Assembly (NCBI RefSeq): GCF_001194135.2
Contig: NC_068981.1
Location: 156,606,715 to 156,670,714, forward strand
Reading direction: 5' to 3'
Source: Octopus bimaculoides
Lineage: Eukaryota
DNA length: 64,000 nucleotides
Made by a program: the position numbers and the translations under genes. The notes under the pieces are model-generated. The model made no database searches and was not told where the DNA came from. It saw only the letters and a list, made by a program, of their open reading frames with translations. Positions 51,222 through 64,000 of the stretch are shown piece after piece (positions within the stretch are counted from its first letter, which is position 1; each line of letters opens with the position of its first letter).

Positions 51222-52603
51222 CCCTCCTCCCTTTTTACAACTTGATATATTTTTTTTTGTTTTTGGAGTTTAGTTGTAGGAACCTTGTATTCTTCCTCCA
51301 CTTGTACGCGTGAGTTCAACTACCTTTAACGGTATTGGTACCTGGAATATGTCATACAGCCACTCCATAGGTCCTTCTAATCTGTCTGGTTCATTTTCTA
51401 TGAATATCTTCTTTAATTGGTTTCTGTGTCTTTTTCAATGCTTTTTTGCTTTTTACACCGTACATCATTTTTCCTATGTGCTTTGTAATTTCGCCTTCTT
51501 CCCAGTACTGTTTTCCATTTTTATACGACCTCATGTACACCTTATCACCAATTTTGAAAAATTTTGCATTGTCTTTTCTGACACTTTTTCTTTCCTTGCC
51601 TGGCAATAGTTTATCAAAAACCAATTTCACCTTCCTGTCGAACATCAGTTCTGCTGGTGAGCTTCCTGCTGGTGTAATGGGGTTCGGTATCACCCTGTAT
51701 AACCTTAGGAATTGCTGTAGAATGACTTCGTCTGTGACTTCCTTGTTTGCTTTTCTCAAAACTCTTTTAAAAGTGTCAACAAATCGCCATATCCGTCCAT
51801 TTGATCGTTTTATGTTATACTGTGAACATTTCGCAGAATTTTCTAAATTCACTGGATACAAATTGTGTTCCATTATCAGAGACAATCAAGTCTGGGATGC
51901 CGAATATTGCGAATAATTCATGCAATTATTACGATTGAGTCAGTTGGTCTTTTGCACTTAACAATTTCTGGATATTTTGTAGAACTGTCAACGACTACTA
52001 AATAGTAATAACCATTTAACGGATCCGCAAAACCGATGTGTAGTCTTGTCCATGGACTTTTTACTTCTGGCCAAGATTCCCATTTTCGAGTAGGCAATTT
52101 CGCTGCCAGAGCACATCCTCTGAAGCCTTTTACTGCGTTTTCGACTTCCTTGTCCATCTTCGGCCAATACACATAACTGTGCAAAAGCGCTTTCATTCTT
52201 GCGATCCCCGGATGTCAAATATGGAATTCTTTCAACATACTTTTTTGTAGAGTCTCAGGTATCACTACCCTTTGGCCATACTTGACGCGTGTCGCTTTAT
52301 CTCCCCCAGAGTTATTTGTAACTCTCGTACAATGTTCCACATTATGTGTTTAATTTCCCCTTCGGCTCTTAGGGCTGTTATTACTGTGTCCTCGAATGGT
52401 TCGCCATTTCTGGGTATTAATCTGGATAGACCGTCAGCATGTCCTAGCTTTTTCGAAGGCAAATATTCCATCGCGTAGTCGTAGTTAAGTAGTATGGTGT
52501 CCCAATGCTGCAACCTGTTTGCTGTATATACTACGATTCCTTCCTTGGATCCATAAATCGTTAGCAACGGACGATGGTCTATTGGTAGTCTAAACCGTCT
52601 ACC

Positions 52604-52643
<40 letters not shown>

Positions 52644-53580
52644 TTGTGGAACTTTATGTCAAATGCCTCTTTTTCAATTTGGCTATAATTTTTTTTTCTG
52701 CTGGCAATAGCGTCCTTGACGCGTGAGCTATGGCCTTTTCACTGCCATATACACATTTGTGTAGGAGTACGGCACCTACCCCGCACTCACTAGCATCTAT
52801 TGCCAGTATCGTCTTCAACTTCGGATCGAAGGGTGTAATACGTTTAAAGTCCTCAAAAGCCTTCTGGCATTTTTCTGAACAAAACCATTTAGCATCCTTT
52901 TTTACAGCTCATTTAGGGGAGCTCATGTGTTGTGTACGTTTGGGATATAAACTCGATAGTAGTTTGCCAAGCCTAAGAATGTTTGTAACAATCTGACATT
53001 CGTTGGTGGAGGCACATTCCATATTGCCATCGCCCTTGATGAGTCTAGTATTCGGCCCCTTTCGTCAATTACGTGACCCAGATATTTGACCTTTCTTTCG
53101 CAATCATTTAACATTGCGTCCATCACTTGTTGGAATATGGCAGGTGCAACTTTTACTTCAAAAGGGAGCCACTTGAATTTTTATCTGTAGGTAGGATTGT
53201 GTTCGACTAAACAGTAATTTAATCCAGTTGAAAAGTCCGCGCACACTCTTAGTTTGTTTTTTCTTTACATAAACCGTCAGTGCTGCCCAGTCTGAATGGT
53301 CGTCTTTTTCAATTATATATAGACTTTCTAGTCTTTCCAGCTCTTTATTGACATGGTCTAACGCTGCAAACGGCACGTTCCGTTTGAGCCTATACACAGG
53401 TGTTGCCTTTTCTTTTACCGCGATCCTCGCGTTTGTTTTAGTGCAACAACCTAATCATTTAAAAAAAATTTTTTTAAATTTGAAACAATTCCTAATTTTT
53501 TTTTGTCTCAGTTGCTTGACTTCAATCGAACTTTTGGCCGTGCCAGATACATTTTCACGACAGCACTATATTTAATGTGT
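51222..53580 (-). mobile_element. Ty3/Gypsy LTR retrotransposon remnant (partial RT, RNase H, integrase, PPT)
   Basis: KVKYLGHVID; TANRLQHW..HADGLSRL; YVYWPKM..C..C..PWTRLHI.FA; PPT aaaaagggaggagggg at 51236-51221. Confidence 0.9.
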
Positions 53581-54363
53581 CGTCCCTTAACGTAGCAAAC
53601 ATTGTACGGATATTTTGCTGATGCAAAAACAGTAAAAAGAACATAAAATATCCGGATTTGGTAATTATTTTTCGTGGTCACGATGCAAACGGTAATGAAA
53701 TAAGATGCATCATATAAGCATACTTACGAATTATGCAAATTGTGAAGAAGAGGAATATATCTGTTCCAAATGTCCCTTCTCTAAAGTCATTTGAAAAAAG
53801 TCCTCATATCAGAGCAATAAAAAGAGTTAGTTTATTACTTACAATCCTTACGTGTTATAAAAAATAAATATGAATTGTGTTCCTTTAAAGGTTGTAATTA
53901 TAAGAGTTAATTAAGTAAGACATTTTGTGATTCACAACTAAGTAACATTCCAATTCTTTCTTTGAATTCTCTTTTTTTTTTTTTTCGCTAATTCAGAATA
54001 TTTTCTCTAATTCTAAATATTCAGTCAATTTTACACAAATTGATTAAACATTTAGGATTAGAGAATATAAATAACGTACTGAAAACTTGTTAAGCTACAT
54101 TTTGAACTGGAAACAACTGGCGGCGAATTGACGGGGCCGGGAAAGCTTAAGACAAAATTACTTCGCAGTATTTGTTTTGGATCGCTGCACTTCTTTGTAG
54201 AATCTGATACTTCATCATCTGATGCCTTACAATTTGAAATCTAATACCTTACATTCAAACTTCTTAAAATATATTTTACAATTTGATATCAATGTAACGT
54301 CTTACAATTTGGTATCTTATCATCAGACAATTTACGGAGAGATATATTACAGGTATTTATAAT

Positions 54364-54570
54364 GGTTTCAAATTTCAGTACAAGACCAGCAATTGTGGGG
54401 GAGGAGGTAAGCCGATTATATTGACCTCAGTACTTGTTTTATGCCCCACCCGCCAAAGGATGGAAGGTAACGTCGACCTTGATAGAATTTGAACTCAGAA
54501 CGTAAAGACGGACGAAATGCCGTTGATAATTTTGTCCGGCGTACTAACGGTTCTGCCAGATTGCCACCTT
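54364..54570 (-). mobile_element. tRNA-derived SINE, family A
   Basis: Family homology; diverged TSD. Confidence 0.85.
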
Positions 54571-55894
54571 ACAAGTAGTTATAGTATAATCAGTTATAAT
54601 AGATGTTGATATCTAACAAATAATTATTTTATGAACCGGTGTCTTAACTAGCTTCATATCTTACAAACAATACAATAGCAATTTGAATGGTTTTAGAGTT
54701 ATTTTTTAAAAAATTGATTCGGTTTGAAATTTATTTTTAAATGAAAAAAATAAGGAACTGTAGAGGGAAGAATACGAATTAGAAAAACATAAGTGTTTAA
54801 AAAATTAAACACGAAATCTGAAATGGGTTATGGAGTATGGTTACAATTCGAAGATAAATACTGAAATAGGAATTCTTCCGTTAAAAAAAAAAGCCAGTTA
54901 CAAAAGAAAAAAAGAATAATTTCGATTCGAAATTATATTCTGTTACTGATCCGCTCCCCACAACTGCTATGTGTTTAAGACATTATTTCACTTTGAACTA
55001 TCTCTAATTTCAAACCGAGATCCTCAGAAATAATGGAAGAAATGTCAAGAACATGAATTGTTTAACACACCACCAGGCGGGAAAAGGAGCACAACTGAGA
55101 TATTTGGAAATCAAAAACGAGGTCATGCACAACATACTGTTATATTTTTATTTATCTATTTGTTCGTTCTGAAAGATTTGTCACACTTTTAGTTTGTTAG
55201 ATTTAATAGTAGCCGTGAGAGTTTTGTACTTTTAATGTAAGTTTCAATGCTTTGGCTTTGCACAAAAATGAGTAAAATTAATATAATAAAAAGCTAAATA
55301 GAAATGAAAGAAAAGTAAAAGATGTATTGTTATATTACTGATAATGTCTGTAATTCTTTAGAGTCCTCAACCCCCAATGACCGATTTGGAATACTTTTGT
55401 TTATTTTGCTTCTCTGGGTGGCAAATTTCGAAGATTGACTTCAGTCAGTCGGAAAAAACAGGTGACAGCTGTTGTAATCGTCATCGCTAAAAGCAAAATT
55501 AAACCTACGAAGATATTTTCTGAAACCAGAATTTTTCGTTTTTCATTAAAATAAAGACAAAAAAGGGTCACCGTATTTGATTTACATAACAGGAATGACA
55601 AGTTCAGCTTGAGTATACACGCATACACATATGCATAAAATCAAAAAGAAGCTCACGTACTCATACACTGGTAGATATTAGTTTACTGTTAATACAGTCA
55701 ATTATTTGGGCAGTTTCATCTGAATTTACTAAAATTTCTTGATATTTGATTTGAAAATTATCTTTCCAGTTTCGAGAAAAACATCAATATTGATGACACC
55801 AGAAAAAGAAGTGTTCTAGAACGTTTTTAAAAGTCGTTTTCTTGTTTTATGTCTAAAGAAACTGAAAGCAAGCAAAAATTAAAAACCATCACGA

Positions 55895-56075
55895 ACGACG
55901 GAATGGAAAACTTTAGAAGTTTGTGGGAGAAATTAAAAACAGAAGAGGATGCGGTGAGCTATTTTCAATAAAAGGAAATAATACCAGTGCTCAATGACAC
56001 TGCAACACAACAGGCTGCAACAAATTTGTGTTTGAGCAGAAGAGGACCTGGTTTGAAAGTAGTACTCTTCCACGA
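55895..56075 (+). mobile_element. Merlin/ISXO2-like transposase N-terminal fragment
   Basis: MENFRSLWEKLKTEEDAVSYFQ*KEIIP..RTWFESSTL resembles Merlin N-termini; short and broken. Confidence 0.4.
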
Positions 56076-56094
56076 ACAGATACAGCGCAGGTAG

Positions 56095-56250
56095 GTGCAG
56101 GCATGGCAATGTAGCAAGAAGTTTGCTTTCCAACCACATAGTTTCATGTTCAGTCCCACTGCATGGCACCTTAGGCAAGTGTCTTCTACTATAGCCATAG
56201 GCTTACCAAAGCCTTGTTAGTGGATTAGGTAGATGGAAACTTTTGTTTGA
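56095..56250 (+). mobile_element. SINE family B, 5' part
   Basis: Homologous to 32752-32900. Confidence 0.8.
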
Positions 56251-56286
<36 letters not shown>

Positions 56287-56759
56287 NNNNNNNNNNNNNN
56301 NNNNNNNNNNNNNNNNNNNNNNNNNNNNNNNNNNNNNNNNNNNNNNNNNNNNNNNNNNNNNNNNNNNNNNNNNNNNNNNNNNNNNNNNNNNNNNNNNNNN
56401 NNNNNNNNNNNNNNNNNNNNNNNNNNNNNNNNNNNNNNNNNNNNNNNNNNNNNNNNNNNNNNNNNNNNNNNNNNNNNNNNNNNNNNNNNNNNNNNNNNNN
56501 NNNNNNNNNNNNNNNNNNNNNNNNNNNNNNNNNNNNNNNNNNNNNNNNNNNNNNNNNNNNNNNNNNNNNNNNNNNNNNNNNNNNNNNNNNNNNNNNNNNN
56601 NNNNNNNNNNNNNNNNNNNNNNNNNNNNNNNNNNNNNNNNNNNNNNNNNNNNNNNNNNNNNNNNNNNNNNNNNNNNNNNNNNNNNNNNNNNNNNNNNNNN
56701 NNNNNNNNNNNNNNNNNNNNNNNNNNNNNNNNNNNNNNNNNNNNNNNNNNNNNNNNNNN
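56287..56759. other. Assembly gap (N) in (TA)n
   Basis: N run. Confidence 0.99.
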
Positions 56760-56767
56760 ATATACAT

Positions 56768-56865
56768 ACCACGGACTTCAACAGTTTCTGTGTACCAAAT
56801 TCACTTACAATGCATTAGTCGGCACAGTGGGACTGAACCGGAAGCCATGTGGTTGCAAACCCAGG
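56768..56865 (-). mobile_element. SINE family B fragment
   Basis: Reverse-complement similarity to family B. Confidence 0.55.
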
Positions 56866-57759
56866 TCCTAATTTTTTTGTAAACATGGTCTTATTGTTCT
56901 TTTTTTATTATTTATCTTTGTTATTTGTGAAGAAACCTAACTTCAAGTTACTTTTTACAGATCACTTTTTATTCACTGTTTTCTAAACCCGGGGAAAGTA
57001 AGTAGCGGAAAAAATTTTGATTTTGTCCTCCACAAAAATTTTAGGTCATGCGCTTACACCACCTGCGCCCCCCCCCCCACCATGCACTCTGTACTCACGC
57101 CCTTGATTAGCATATTTACAGAGAAAGATAATAAGATTTTATGACGTTCAGATCTTCCTCAATTTATAATAAAATAACCTGGAAATGAAACGGTGTCTTG
57201 AAATTCCCTTGGTGGGAAGATTCTTATTCTACGACAACCGAAGATGCTTAACCTCCTCCCCTGAGTTATATATTACTTTATTTGGCACAGTGTTAAAAGT
57301 TCATATGATACTGGGTTGAGTGAAAGGGCGTGTGAATTATAGTTCACACGTACAAGAAAAGGGGGACAGAGAAAAGGAAAAAGAATAGAGAATGAGAGAA
57401 GGAGGTGCGAAGCGTAGAGTCGTATGATGTTTTACAGTTCTGACATAGAAATCCCTTGGAGAAGAACAATTCTGAAAGCGAAAATTTATGTTCATCTGAA
57501 ACTGTTTTTTACATTCTTCCACTTATTTCGGCCACACCATCCTCCTCATTTTTATTCCATTCTCCATCTTCTCCTCCTCTTCTCCTCCTCTTTCTCAACC
57601 TTATTATGTTTGTTACTCCTGTGCTCGATTATGAAGTAAACTTTTGCATCAAATAGTCAAGTTGATTTGTATTTTTTTCCAGATATTCAACTCAGCTTCG
57701 TATTAATTGTTATTGTTGTTTATCAGTTTCGGCGTCCCGTAATGCCAGTTTCAATACCT

Positions 57760-58180
57760 TTACATGTATCATGGCAAATGGCAGTATTCGAAGAATATTA
57801 GAGCTCTGTTCTCACCTTTGAACACATTTGAGTTTTATGGAGTTTGGGGTTCGAAATTACTGCTTCAAAACTCCTTTCCTGCGCATAACCTGTTCACTGA
57901 AGCCATATTACAAATTTTTACAGTTCCAGTGATGGATTGGATCTGTAGTCATCGAATTAGCTTTCTCCTTTCTGGTTTTGAGAAGCCTAATTTCTCAAGA
58001 TTGGTATTTAGGCAGTGTGTTACATATCCTACGGCCCCCAATAATTACAGGTATAAACCCGAACTGCAGATTTCTCTACAGTTCGGCATAGGTGTTCTCT
58101 TTTTCACTGATCTTCAGCTTTATGTTAACATCCGCTGGACAGCTAATTTCCACAACTGTGCACAATTTCTCTTCTCTGTG
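57760..58180 (-). mobile_element. RLE-type LINE 3' end
   Basis: EEKLCTVVEISCPADVNIKLKISEKENTYAEL*..IPVIIGAVGYV..LEKLGFS. Confidence 0.85.
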
Positions 58181-58628
58181 TGTATGTATGTATGTATGTA
58201 TGTATGTATGTATGTGTGTGTGTGTGTATGTATGTATGTTTGTATGTATGTATGTATGTTTGTATGTTTGTATGTATGCCTTTATTGGCATTCATACATT
58301 TACTGACTTGCAGACAACTCCTTTAACTCTTTTAATCTCACTCTCTCATTGTTTTCCTTACTCTCGTGTGAAGGGCAAGGGAGAAAAACAGATTCTTTAC
58401 TCGACACGGCAAGTGAAGCTCTCGAGCATTTCTAATACCACTTATGGACTGATTCTCGTCGACTAAGACCATCACCAGTTTACTCGAATTCCAGATTTCA
58501 GCTCCAGAGAACGATGTGTTTTACTACTCTATTTTAGATTGTATTTCAGCTTTGCATTTGATCTCTTCTACAGCTCTATTATCCACAAACTAAAGCTAGT
58601 GGCGCTGTAAAAATTATTGTGTAAATAA

Positions 58629-58844
58629 ACCTTTCTACTATATGCCCAAGGCCTGAAATATTTTGTGGAGAAGTGTAATCGATTATATCAATCCCAGTGG
58701 TCAACTGAAACTTATTTCATCAACCCCCGAAAGGATAAAAGGCAAAGTCGACCTCGACGGAATTTGAGCTCAGAACGTACTGACAGACAAAATGCTGCAG
58801 GCATTTTGTCCGGTGTGCTCACGGTTCTGACGGCTTTCTGCCTT
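58629..58844 (-). mobile_element. tRNA-derived SINE, family A variant tail
   Basis: Family homology; same tail type as 25081. Confidence 0.8.
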
Positions 58845-59299
58845 TGGTTGTATAAATAATGGTACTTGAGTTTCGTCTCCAACTGTTTCTAGTTAAAATA
58901 CGTCAAGGTAGACTTTGTTGCTCATCCCTCTGTGGTTGGTAAAAATGTTTGGCGAGAACGATTTATTGTCTTTGTTTCTGCCAACTATAAATTTGTGGCT
59001 ATGTATTAATATAAGAAGCTATTACTTGTACATTATAAACCATAATAATAGATCGATATAAAACATCATAACCATTAGTTATCTTTCTGATTCGTTACGA
59101 AATGCATTCAAATCGATAAAATATTAGTTAAAAATGATAGACTAAGATGATAAAAGGGTTATGTTATTAAGTATTTTGTCAGAAGTAGTAACTCGTTTTA
59201 ATAAATTCTATGCAGTATTTCTGAATTGTTTAACCAAGGTGGTGGTGTTAAATAAATTGACGGATTAAGCCTTGAACAAAGAACAGGAAATGTCCCTCT

Positions 59300-59462
59300 G
59301 ACGGACTTCCACACAGTTTTCTTTTGTCAAATTTCACTCATAACGCTTTGGACTACCTGAGGCTGCAATAGAAAACACTAGCTCAAGGTGCCACGCTGCA
59401 TGATTGAACTCTAAACTACGTTGTTGCAAAATGAACTTATTAACAACACAGCTATGCTTGCA
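59300..59462 (-). mobile_element. SINE family B, 5' part, old
   Basis: Diverged reverse complement of the family B head. Confidence 0.65.
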
Positions 59463-62439
59463 CACATCTCATTAATTTTATCACTCTTTGTTCTGAATTC
59501 AAATTCACTTAAGGATTTTATTTTTCATCTTTTCTAGGTCTATAAAATAGTACCATACCCTTTCCCTACCGAAGTCATCCCTGTACTGATATTAAAAAAA
59601 AACATTGTTACTAATAATACCTTTATCTCTCATCCAATATCAGCTTGAATCTACGCTGCTCAAATTTGACCGCTCCCATTGGAATTGTTATTACCAATGC
59701 CACATTTTGCTTATGCGATCTCACATATCTAAAATAGTAATTATTATTATATATTTAACAATCAGGGCATTATATTTCTTTGTCATGAAATCTTGTAAAG
59801 ATGAAATCAACCTGTTATCTTTTTAAGGTTGTTAAAATAAGGACTTGTGTCATTCAGGGATAAGCGACAGTTAACAAAATGGCGAATCAATAACATCGAA
59901 TTGAGGATACTTATAACCATTCGCAAAAATCTCTTTGTCGATTAGCGAGGGAAGCTTTATGCATTTGGTCCAATTGTCAACGTAGTAGTGAAATATCTTC
60001 CCAACTTACTCTCTATTAACTATATGCGTCAATCTGAAAATATGAAATATACTTGTCCTGTATTACATATATGACGTACAGAGTCTTTATACTGTGTTTG
60101 AAGTCAGTGTATGAATGCTTTTAATACTTATCAGAAACTTGTTATATCGAATCTCATCTTTGATAGACCAAAATATGTGATTGTTATCTAACAGCAACTT
60201 TTCTATTGTCTGATTTCGGGTTTAGATTGTTTAATTTAATTACGAAAGAGCGTCGGATTTTCCAAGATTAAATAGGATAGTGATTGTAGAAAATAGAACT
60301 AATTTTAGCCAATCTTGTTGAAATAAAATAACAGCGTTTTGTTATTCACCCGACCTTCACTTGGTTAATAAAAAGAAAATTACGCTCATAATCGGTCACA
60401 ATTCCAGTTGATACATGTTCAGAATTTCTATTCATATTTATATTATCCACAGAGATTCATGCGGCTGCTTTATATGCACCACAGCTTCATCTATTATAGT
60501 ATCTATTTTACCTTATTCTATTTTCAGCTTTTAAGTAATTATTGATTTGCTTTTATTCTCTTTCGACTGTGATTTACTCTCCTCTCATCAAAATATGTCG
60601 TTTAATCATGATGATTGCTTGGGTAATACGGTTTACATCTTTCATTTGCAATATCTTCACATTCCAGTATTAACAAAATGTCTTTTCGTCATGATGCATT
60701 AATCATAATGTAATTAAAAGCAAGAAGCAATGTTGCCCGAGAGAAATCTAAAGATCCATCTGTCAGTGATAAAACAGCTAAACATATTTAACTGAGTGTA
60801 TGTTTGTTTCAACTTGTAGGCCATAAGTGGTTTGAATTTTGTATAGGACACATCTTTTGAAGGAAAAAGTCGTAGCTTATGTGATATTTTCAAGTACTTT
60901 GTACAAATCCAAAGAAGGTTGAGTGCTGATGTTAGTTACTAATAGTATTTTCAAGGATTGTAGGACGATAAATTTGTATATAGCGTTTGAATGCCTTCCA
61001 AAGGGTTGGGATTTTTTTGGCCATCACCTACGTTATGCTGTGTCACTGAGAAAGAAACACACATAAGTAAGTATCATAAAAGGATAGAGATATGTAAGAG
61101 CATGGGAGAATTAACTGGGGTTTGTTCGTCTTTACTGTTTGAACTCAGTCACTCCATGTCTATCCACGTAAAGGAACTCAAGATCAACATAAAACTGACA
61201 ACCGAAAATCAGTTGATAAGAGGGCAAATAAATATAATTATTCAGTGGACGAACAAAAGTGCTTGTCTACCTTACAATAATTAACAGATAAGCTCAAAAG
61301 ATCTTAAATAAATTGAATATGTGACTTCAAAATATAGAAACCGTAAGAAATTTCTTTACACCTTGCACGTACTAATTAATATGAATCAACCTTGCGTAAT
61401 TGTTTTTATATTATAGGAAAGCCCTTAAATCATAGGGTATGTTCGACCCGAAATCTTAAATACACTACGTAATTAAGAAAGATAAGAAAGTAGACAGCTG
61501 GAACACTTTGATTATGCGTCTGCTCGGTCAGAGATGACCTAAACCAAAACACCGCCATCATCATCTTCATCATAGTCGTCGTCATCATCATCATCTTCAT
61601 CATAGTCGTCGTCATCATCATCATCATCATCAACAACAACAACAACATCATCAACAACAACGTAGCTCTATTGTTGTCAGTTGAAGTTTCTTCAACTGGA
61701 TATAAATCCATTCTTCTTCAGGTTATGCGCATGAAAAGCATTGAGCTCTCAAGCGTTAAGCGTCAAGTTTACAAAGTATTCCTTAATTATAAAGATTTTT
61801 TGTTGTTGTTGTTCACTTATAAACTGTACATCTGTACGGTACTTATTTATATAGTTACGGCGATTCAGTTAACTCAAAGCCAAATAAACTTGCCAAGAAT
61901 ACAAATGCAGCATTGTAACGGTCTCGGCAAGGTGTAATGTGTATAGAGGTATGTGTATAGAGGTATGTGTATAGAGGTATGTGTATAGAGGTGTAATGTA
62001 TTTATAGAGGTAAGAAAATCTCTCTCTCACTTTTCCTCACGCACACACATACACAGACAAATAAAAACGTGTTATCTGTTTGTTGTGCTACTGGCATGAA
62101 ATTAGAAATAAGAGGTGGGATATAGATTTCTTAGATAATCAACTCCTGTACATGTTTGACAATTATTTTATCGAACAAAGAAGGATGAAAAGCGCAGTCT
62201 GGTAGGGCAGCGTACAGAAAGACAAAAGAAGTAGCCACAACAATGGTCACTCATTCTTTTGAGATCGCAACCAAATCTTAAACACGTCTGGCTATCTTAA
62301 AAGTAGGACACATGGAAAGTCATCCTACTGTTTGGTGACTGAAATTTCAGATGGGATCCAATTCTAATACATTCTAGTTGTAGTTCTTCCTACTTTATGA
62401 TTTCTGAAACACGGAGTTGTGTTTCCCCTTCTTAGACAT

Positions 62440-63305
62440 TCTTAATAGCAAGAAATTCACTACTGGAATCGACATATACTTTAAACTCACCGACTCACGA
62501 GAATATCTCCTCTTCACATCATGTTACTCAAGCATGCACGAAATGACATCCCATTTAGCCTAGCCAGACGATTATGCACAATTGTATCAAATCTTGAGAC
62601 AAGAGACCGAAGATTAAACGCAGTGTAAGCAATACATATAAGAAAATATCCCATGAAACTGATTGTATATACTATTCAGAAAGCCAAACAAATTGACATT
62701 CAAGAACTCCGAAAAACAAAACCCAAGAAAGAAAAGATACTATCCCATTTATTTCAACTTTTAATCCAAGAAACACCAAATTGTTCACCAACATATATTT
62801 ATACCTACCAATACTACTACAGGACCAAAAAATGAAAAGAGTCTAGGAAAGCATCTATGTATAAAAAACAAAAGGCAAACAAAATCACTAAAAGTGATAT
62901 TGACCAATGCGAAGCTACATACTCAAACGGCTGATTTTAGAATAAGAGTCGGCCAAACTGTGGAGTGTGTAGCTACTTACTGGAAGGTCCTGAACTTCAC
63001 TTGAAAGAGAACCCTACCTTTAAAATTAGAAACAACTTTTGCAATTCGGACTAACTAATCTACGTTTTAAACTGTAAAGGTTATAATAATTAAAACAAAA
63101 AAATGACAGTACACCGACAACAAACCGGAGAACGATACACAAGAAAAATACCACTGTGTGAACATATAGATAAATGTGGGCGAACGGTCTTACCCAACTA
63201 TTCTGTCCCCCTTTCCTACCAGTGCAGCGATTCAATGACGGAACAGCAAAGAAGCAATAACAAAATTTTATTAACAAATACGAACTAAAACTCAATACAT
63301 TATGT
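62440..63305 (+). mobile_element. Penelope-like element (RT C-terminus, Cys linker, GIY-YIG), degenerate
   Basis: DIYFKLTDSREYL.F.SC..IPFSLARRLCTIVS..IPFISTFNP..RPNCGVC..CNS..LIYVLNCKG..HRQQ..EHIDKC. Confidence 0.8.
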
Positions 63306-63529
63306 TTTAGTTTGCTCACAACACTGACTATATATGCAGAGTGCCTCCAATCGGTTACACTAATGCAAATTCTCACTATGATAACTAAGGTGTATGGAAT
63401 ACCAATAGCTACTCCGACCGGAAAGAAGCAGAAATATCGCTGCCAATATGTTTATATTAATGTCCTTGTGGACGATTTTGCGATTATATATAAGGTGACA
63501 GCCTTTCTCTTCTGTATGTATAACTGGAA

Positions 63530-63745
63530 GCATGTATGTATATATGTGTATGGTATGTATGTATATATAGATATATGTGTGTATGTATATATTGTATATA
63601 TTGTTATTCTGTGGGTGTATATATGTGTGTATTTATGGTATGTATATATTTATAGGTATATGTACGTGTGTGTGTGTGTGTATATGTATACATATAAATA
63701 TGTATGTGTATATGTATGTATGTGTGTATGTAAATGTATATATCT
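63530..63745. repeat. Imperfect (TA)/(TG) microsatellite
   Basis: Direct reading. Confidence 0.9.
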
Positions 63746-64000
63746 GAGTAATTCCCTCTAAATACGCATATGAACCAAAACAGAATTACAAACATGTGCG
63801 ATTTAATTTAATCATTTAGCTACACATGGTTGTAAATATGGAAAAAAGATGGAAAAATTACATAAAACTTCAGAGCGGAAATCAGCGAAATCGGACCCAG
63901 GTTAGTTAAATATGACATTTTTTAGCCGCAAAACTAAAAAATATACATACTAAAACCCTTTTCTGTACAAAACCTCGTTCCCTTCCATCTTTCTAACTTT

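Noticed and set aside
53728-53780. Possible 53-nt minus-strand exon with a GTAAGT donor (another weak candidate near 54170-54245)
   Set aside because: Only splice-like motifs; reading frame ambiguous and no recognisable protein. Needs RNA-seq.
57721-57760. Minus-strand ggc..gccGAAAC hammerhead-like string
   Set aside because: The core reads TGAAACT rather than CUGANGA and stem I does not pair.
61555-61995. Short tandem duplications (30-bp x2 at ~61555, 14-bp x4 at ~61938; others at ~7890, ~8620, ~23035)
   Set aside because: Ordinary slippage products with no further structure.

Overview
AT-rich, repeat-dominated animal genomic DNA with six N gaps, each flanked by a microsatellite. The SINE and microsatellite content suggests an octopus short-read assembly; this is inference from repeat style and was not database-checked. 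I found no supportable host protein-coding gene. Recognisable coding sequence is decayed transposable element: R4/Dong-type LINEs (RT + restriction-like endonuclease, RLE), Tx1/L1-type LINEs, Penelope-like elements (PLE, GIY-YIG), a Gypsy remnant, mariner, maT, Tigger and Merlin-like transposase fragments, MITEs and several tRNA-derived SINE families, some with target-site duplications (TSDs). Lead observation: four loci carry hammerhead-ribozyme (HHR) cores. Two are ~300-bp fold-back elements of unrelated sequence (11.7-12.0 kb and 46.2-46.5 kb) in which each arm encodes a hammerhead reading outward from the centre; the first shows a compensatory base-pair change in stem II. Other notable items: a TIR element with a central (CCCTAA)n/(TTAGGG)n palindrome; an ORF2-deleted Tx1 unit with a 20-bp TSD whose 3' tail is shared with a SINE; two maT copies with the same internal deletion; and a 27-bp GC-rich motif at two unrelated sites. 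Ribozyme activity is predicted by manual folding only. Boundaries of decayed elements are approximate.
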